From positions 1,415 through 65,414 of the forward strand of contig URXV01000008.1 in the NCBI GenBank assembly GCA_900551865.1: DNA of 64,000 bases. Reading direction: 5' to 3'. Both the position numbers and the translations under genes were made by a program. Origin of the DNA: an uncultured Rickettsiales bacterium. GTDB lineage: Bacteria; Pseudomonadota; Alphaproteobacteria; RF32; CAG-239. Under the pieces are notes generated by a model. That model saw only the letters and a program-made list of their open reading frames with translations. It did not search any database and was not told the DNA's origin. Each line of letters opens with the position of its first letter. The stretch's first letter is position 1. Shown here piece by piece: positions 59,613-64,000 of the stretch.

Positions 59613-60455
59613 TTAATTGCTAAGTGAAACTAAGGTAAAGTAACAATAGACAATCGGTGCGGCAAATATCAGGCCGTCAATTCTGTCGAATACGCCGCCG
59701 TGTCCCGGAATCAGAGAACTGCTGTCTTTTACGCCCAGATGTCTTTTTATGGCGGATTCTGCAAGGTCGCCGATTTGAGCCACAATTGCAATCATGGCAC
59801 CGAGCTGAGCAAATTTAAGCTGTTCGCTTAGCGGCATCGGCAGGTTAAAAATATTTTTAACGGTAAACATATAAATAAAACTGACAGCAACAGCTAGGAC
59901 AACCCCGCCGACAAGTCCAGACCAGGTTTTGTTTGGGCTTATTTTCGGAGCCAGCTTCGGTCCCTTTAGGGATGAGCCGACAATGTATCCGCCGATATCA
60001 ACCCCCCAAACCATCAGCATAAACCATAATGTCATGACAAAGCTTCCCTTTTCTCCGGGGATACTGCCGAAAGTGTCAAACAGATAATATATCCAGTAGA
60101 GGGCGCCGACGCCGATAGAAATATAGGGAACACCGAGTGTGAGGAGCTTGCGGTGCTGCTCTTCTGTGGCTTTGATAAAAACAAAAAGCGTCGTTAATGC
60201 AATTGTCGCAATGAGCACCCAGCGGTTAAATACCAACAGGGAACACCCCATTGCAAAAGTATAGCATACGGCATAAACGCTTGATTTCTTGTTGGGCACC
60301 ATTGAAGCCCATTCCCAGGAAAGCATTGCGCCGACAATAAAGACAAGAATATCGACATACGGATGCCCGGACTGTAGTGCACCGATAACAATCGGAATCA
60401 TTATAAGTGACGTCAGTATCCTCTTTTGCAATGATGTCAGTTCAGTTTTTGCCAT
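59613..60455 (-). CDS. cdsA: Phosphatidate cytidylyltransferase
   Basis: CTP-transferase signature SAIKRHLGVKDSSSLIPGHGGVFDRIDG. ATG 60455 is preceded by GGGAGAGAAGG. The track ORF extends further into uppS. Confidence 0.85.
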   Translation of the reverse strand: MAKTELTSLQKRILTSLIMIPIVIGALQSGHPYVDILVFIVGAMLSWEWASMVPNKKSSVYAVCYTFAMGCSLLVFNRWVLIATIALTTLFVFIKATEEQHRKLLTLGVPYISIGVGALYWIYYLFDTFGSIPGEKGSFVMTLWFMLMVWGVDIGGYIVGSSLKGPKLAPKISPNKTWSGLVGGVVLAVAVSFIYMFTVKNIFNLPMPLSEQLKFAQLGAMIAIVAQIGDLAESAIKRHLGVKDSSSLIPGHGGVFDRIDGLIFAAPIVYCYFTLVSLSN

Positions 60456-61149
60456 ACCTTCTCTCCCTTTGATTGAATTTATTAATAATGTCCCAAAGCT
60501 CGTCTTTGCCAAAGTCAGGCCATAAAGTGTTTGTAAAAAACAACTCTGTATATGCTGACTGCCAGAGCAGATAATTGCTGATCCTTTGCTCTCCACTGGT
60601 TCTGATTAAAACGTCCGGATCCGGAATTTCTTTTGTATACAATTCTTCGGAAAAGACGTCTTGTGTAATTTGGCTGATGTCCATGCTCCCTTCTTTTACT
60701 TTTGCGGCGATTTTTTTGACCGCAGACAAAATTTCCTGCCGCGAACCGTAAGACAGGGCTATGCATAATGTCAGGTCTGTATTCTTCTCGGATTCTTTTT
60801 CAAGAAAAGTCATCTTTGCCTGAATGCTGTCGGACAGCATATATCTTTCTCCGATGAAAACAATGCGGACATTATTATCCATGATTTCTTTCAACTCTTT
60901 ATCCAGATATTCGTTCAACAGCTGCATCAAGGCATCGACTTCATCTTTGGAACGTTGCCAGTTTTCTGTGGAAAAAGCGTACAATGTCAAATATTTTACG
61001 CCGGACTCTTTCATTGCTCGGGTAATTTTAACAACGTTTTCCGCTCCTTTTTTATGCCCAAAAGTTCTGGGCATCCCTCTCTTTTTTGCCCAGCGGCCGT
61101 TGCCGTCCATGATAATGGCAATATGCCTGCATGTATTATTGGTATCCAT
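60442..61149 (-). CDS. uppS: Undecaprenyl-diphosphate synthase (cis-prenyltransferase)
   Basis: HIAIIMDGNGRWA, TLYAFSTENW, LIRTSGEQRISNYLLWQSAYTELFF. Confidence 0.95.
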   Translation of the reverse strand: MDTNNTCRHIAIIMDGNGRWAKKRGMPRTFGHKKGAENVVKITRAMKESGVKYLTLYAFSTENWQRSKDEVDALMQLLNEYLDKELKEIMDNNVRIVFIGERYMLSDSIQAKMTFLEKESEKNTDLTLCIALSYGSRQEILSAVKKIAAKVKEGSMDISQITQDVFSEELYTKEIPDPDVLIRTSGEQRISNYLLWQSAYTELFFTNTLWPDFGKDELWDIINKFNQRERRYGKN

Positions 61150-61155
61150 CGTTAT

Positions 61156-61719
61156 TTAGACTTGTAAAATATCTTTTTCTTTTTGATCCAGCATATCATC
61201 GATTTTTTTGATGGAGTCGTCAGTCAGTTTCTGAATCTCGGTGCCATATCTCTTTTCGTCGTCTTCGGAAATCAAATTGTCTTTTTTCAACTTTTTTACT
61301 TCGTCAAGAGCATCTCTGCGGATATTCCTGATGGCGATTTTATTCTGTTCCGCATATTTTCCGGCAACTTTAACCAGTTCTTTTCTTCTTTCTTCGGAAA
61401 GTGGAGGGATAGGGATACGGATAAGCTGTCCGTCGGATACCGGGTTAAGTCCGAGGTCGGATTCTCTCAAGGCTTTTTCAACGGCTTTGGCGATTCCCTT
61501 GTCCCAGACGCTGACGGAAAGGGTGCGCGCATCCGGAACGCTGACTGTGCCGACTTGGGCTATCGGTGTCGGGGTTCCGTATGCTTCAACCATAATGTTG
61601 TCCAAAAGGCTGGCGTGAGCTCTTCCTGCTCTCAGACCGCCAAAATCATTACGCAATGTTTCCAGTGTCTTTTCCATGCGCTCTGTCGTATCGGTCTTTA
61701 TTTCATTAAAATCAGTCAT
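61156..61719 (-). CDS. frr: Ribosome recycling factor
   Basis: 187 aa. MEKTLETLRNDFGGLRAGRA and IPIPPLSEERRKELVK are typical RRF blocks. Confidence 0.95.
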   Translation of the reverse strand: MTDFNEIKTDTTERMEKTLETLRNDFGGLRAGRAHASLLDNIMVEAYGTPTPIAQVGTVSVPDARTLSVSVWDKGIAKAVEKALRESDLGLNPVSDGQLIRIPIPPLSEERRKELVKVAGKYAEQNKIAIRNIRRDALDEVKKLKKDNLISEDDEKRYGTEIQKLTDDSIKKIDDMLDQKEKDILQV

Positions 61720-61735
61720 GTTTCCTCGCTTTGTC

Positions 61736-62446
61736 TTATTTTATGATAGTGTAGTTGCCCTTGCTGTTTAATACGTTTGTCAGCGAATTTTCATTTTCCT
61801 GTTTAAAAACGATAATAGGCAGCTTGTTTTCTCTTGCCATGGATATTGCTGTCATGTCCATAACTTTAAGTTCTTTGGCGATAACATCGTCGTAAGAAAC
61901 TTCCGTATAGCGTTTTGCTTTCGGATTTTTCTTGGGGTCGCTGTCATAAACGCCGTCAACTTGAGTGGCTTTGAATAATGCGTCGCATTCGGCTTCCAGA
62001 GCACGCAGTGTTGCTCCGGTATCTGTTGTGAAATACGGATTCCCTGTTCCTCCTGCAAAAATAACCACGACACCGTCAGCAAGCATCTGTTGTGCGGCTC
62101 TGTAAGAATATGTTTCGGCAATTTGCGGTACGCTCAGTCCGGATAAAATCTCGGCGCGGATTCCTTTGCTGTTCAACGCACTTTTCAAAAACAGGGCATT
62201 AATGACTGTTGCCAGCATTCCGGCCTGATCGGCAACCGGGCGGCGGATGATTTCATTTGTATTGTTTACGCCGCGGTAAAAATTCCCTCCGCCGATAACG
62301 ATGCAGAGTTCAAGACCCGTATTGCGAATATTGCGTATGCTTTCCGAAACAGTGTTTAGAACATTTTCGTCAATGCCGAACGGTTGGTCGCCCATCAAGC
62401 CTTCGCCGGAAAGTTTCAAAAGAATTCTTTTAAATTTTTTTTTCAT
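61736..62446 (-). CDS. pyrH: UMP kinase
   Basis: KRILLKLSGE, VIGGGNFYRG, TTDTGATLRA, VDGVYDSDPKKNP. Start taken at ATG 62446. There is an alternative at 62464. Confidence 0.95.
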   Translation of the reverse strand: MKKKFKRILLKLSGEGLMGDQPFGIDENVLNTVSESIRNIRNTGLELCIVIGGGNFYRGVNNTNEIIRRPVADQAGMLATVINALFLKSALNSKGIRAEILSGLSVPQIAETYSYRAAQQMLADGVVVIFAGGTGNPYFTTDTGATLRALEAECDALFKATQVDGVYDSDPKKNPKAKRYTEVSYDDVIAKELKVMDMTAISMARENKLPIIVFKQENENSLTNVLNSKGNYTIIK

Positions 62447-62638
62447 AATCTCCCCATGATGCAATGTTTGGTATCATATTAAACAATTAAATCGCTTTGT
62501 CATTATTTTTTTATTCCTAATATACAAAAAGATAAAATATTCATAAGATTGCAAAAATACTCACCGGACTATAAAATAAGTTGAAATTTAAGCTCTTTTC
62601 TCTAACATAATACAAAATTAAATTACGGGAGATAAAAA

Positions 62639-63259
62639 ATGTCTGCAGGACTGATATATGGATTGAGTGCATTGTTTGGGTATTTTGTCGGCTCGATTCC
62701 TTTTGGACTTATTTTGACCAGGCTTGCAGGGTATGGCGATATTCGCAAAATCGGTTCGGGAAATATCGGGGCAACAAACGTGCTGCGTACGGGGAATAAA
62801 ACGCTTGCGCTTTTGACGGTTCTTTGCGATGCGTTTAAAGCAGGCGCGGCAGCAGCAATTGCCGGAGCCTTTGTCGGCGGCGATTCTTCCGAGGCGGTTA
62901 CGGCTTCCCTGACGGCCGGAGCATTCGGCGTTTTGGGGCATAACTTCCCCGTATGGCTGAAATTTAAAGGCGGAAAAGGTGTCGCCTCAACATTCGGTTT
63001 TATTCTTGTGACCTGCTGGCCGGTAGCTGTTATTGCTCTTGGTATCTGGCTGGTTATGGCGTTTGCGTTCAGGTATTCGTCCCTTTCGGCACTGACAGCG
63101 GCCGTATTTGTTCCGGTGGCGTCATATTTTCTGGCGCCGTCTTCAGAGTATACTGTTGTGTATGCACTGGTCGTATTGCTTGTCATTGTTCGGCACCATG
63201 GCAATATTCGCCGCCTTCTGAACGGGGAAGAAAGCAAAATTAAACTAAAGAAACAGTAA
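62639..63259 (+). CDS. plsY: Glycerol-3-phosphate acyltransferase PlsY
   Basis: GSIPFGLILTR, GSGNIGATNVLR, FKGGKGVAS, RHHGNIRRLLNGEE. Confidence 0.9.
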   Translation: MSAGLIYGLSALFGYFVGSIPFGLILTRLAGYGDIRKIGSGNIGATNVLRTGNKTLALLTVLCDAFKAGAAAAIAGAFVGGDSSEAVTASLTAGAFGVLGHNFPVWLKFKGGKGVASTFGFILVTCWPVAVIALGIWLVMAFAFRYSSLSALTAAVFVPVASYFLAPSSEYTVVYALVVLLVIVRHHGNIRRLLNGEESKIKLKKQ

Positions 63260-63277
63260 GCAGTAGAAGACAGGCCG

Positions 63278-64000
63278 GTGAACAGAGAAAATTTAATATC
63301 CTGCATTCAACTTATTAATACGTCGGGAATAGGCCCGATAGGGTTCAGAAAACTGTTGCGGCAGTTTGGTAGTGCGGAAAACGCGCTGTCTGCGCTTTCG
63401 CGGAAAAAAGAAGTCTTTTCGCGCCGAAAAGCCGAAGAAGAGATTATGACAGCGGAATTAAAGCGCGTTGAAATTATCACGGCAGAAGATGAGGCTTATC
63501 CCTATAATCTGAAACAGATTGAAGATTACCCGCCGATTCTCTATGCTAAAGGAAATATCGGGCTGCTTAAAAACGACAATATGCTGGCAGTGGTCGGCTC
63601 GCGAAGTGCTTCATTAAGTGCGTTAAAACTTGCCGGGAGAATTGCCGCGGATGTTGCCCGGAAAGGCGTGGTTGTCGTATCGGGAATGGCGCGCGGTATT
63701 GACGCGGCGGCACATCTGGGAGCCTTGGAAACCGACGGCGGGACGATAGCTGTGCTGGGAACGGGGATAGATGTCGTTTATCCTCTGGAAAATGAAAAAT
63801 TATATAATAAATTGGTTCAAGACGGATTGGTTTTGACAGAATATCCGTTTCATACCAAGCCGCAGGCAACGAATTTCCCTCGCCGCAATCGGATAGTTTC
63901 CGGGCTAAGCAAGGGGGTGTTAGTTATTGAAGCCGGGGTTCGTTCGGGCTCTCTGATAACGGCGCATCAGGCTTTGGAACAGGGACGGGATGTTTATGCC
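63278..64000 (+). CDS. dprA: DNA processing protein DprA (3' end beyond the window)
   Basis: Absent from the track because it has no stop. Manual translation from GTG 63278: VNRENLISCIQLINTSGIGPIGFRKLLRQFGSAENAL... then SGMARGIDAAAH...TGIDVVYP...NFPRRNRIVSGLS, the DprA Rossmann-fold signature. Confidence 0.85.
   Translation, partial: MNRENLISCIQLINTSGIGPIGFRKLLRQFGSAENALSALSRKKEVFSRRKAEEEIMTAELKRVEIITAEDEAYPYNLKQIEDYPPILYAKGNIGLLKNDNMLAVVGSRSASLSALKLAGRIAADVARKGVVVVSGMARGIDAAAHLGALETDGGTIAVLGTGIDVVYPLENEKLYNKLVQDGLVLTEYPFHTKPQATNFPRRNRIVSGLSKGVLVIEAGVRSGSLITAHQALEQGRDVYA

Noticed and set aside
62623-63306. 227-aa minus-strand ORF
   Set aside because: It lies entirely antisense to plsY, whose product carries clear PlsY motifs (GSGNIGATNVLR, FKGGKGVAS). 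The antisense product is low-complexity with no motif. It is an artefact of codon composition.

Overview
Dense chromosomal segment with about 60 genes and no transposase, integrase, CRISPR array or rRNA. It is probably from an alphaproteobacterium. That guess rests on gene content and local synteny only: lpxC-bamD-recN, rpoH-rluD, and pyrH-frr-uppS-cdsA-rseP-bamA-lpxD-fabZ. I cannot compute GC or run searches. Most of the window is housekeeping: tolQR, family-4 UDG, glmM, RNase P RNA, lpxC, bamD, recN, tgt, an RND efflux operon, rpoH, rluD, ligA, infC, class II aldolase, tRNA-Ser(GCU), glgP, tolC, sufS/DUF59/sufE, the envelope/translation cluster, plsY and dprA. The stand-out is a roughly 8 kb, seven-gene plus-strand operon (26987-34962) between rluD and ligA. 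It is built around a VirD4/TraG-type type IV coupling ATPase with intact Walker motifs. The other six genes are uncharacterised membrane or disordered proteins, two of which share a paralogous 2-TM module. No relaxase, VirB/Trb/Dot apparatus or mobility gene is visible anywhere in the window. Other points worth a second look: (1) a SucC/SucD-like pair translationally chained to suf genes, whose alpha subunit lacks the catalytic phosphohistidine (Leu in its place) and its partner Glu; (2) a ParA/MinD-like protein whose Walker A lysines are both lost, coupled to a J-domain membrane protein; (3) infC apparently starting at ATA; (4) a hairpin-rich, possibly transcribed region upstream of a lone type IV pilin-like gene. 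All functional calls come from reading motifs in the supplied translations. None has been verified by database search.
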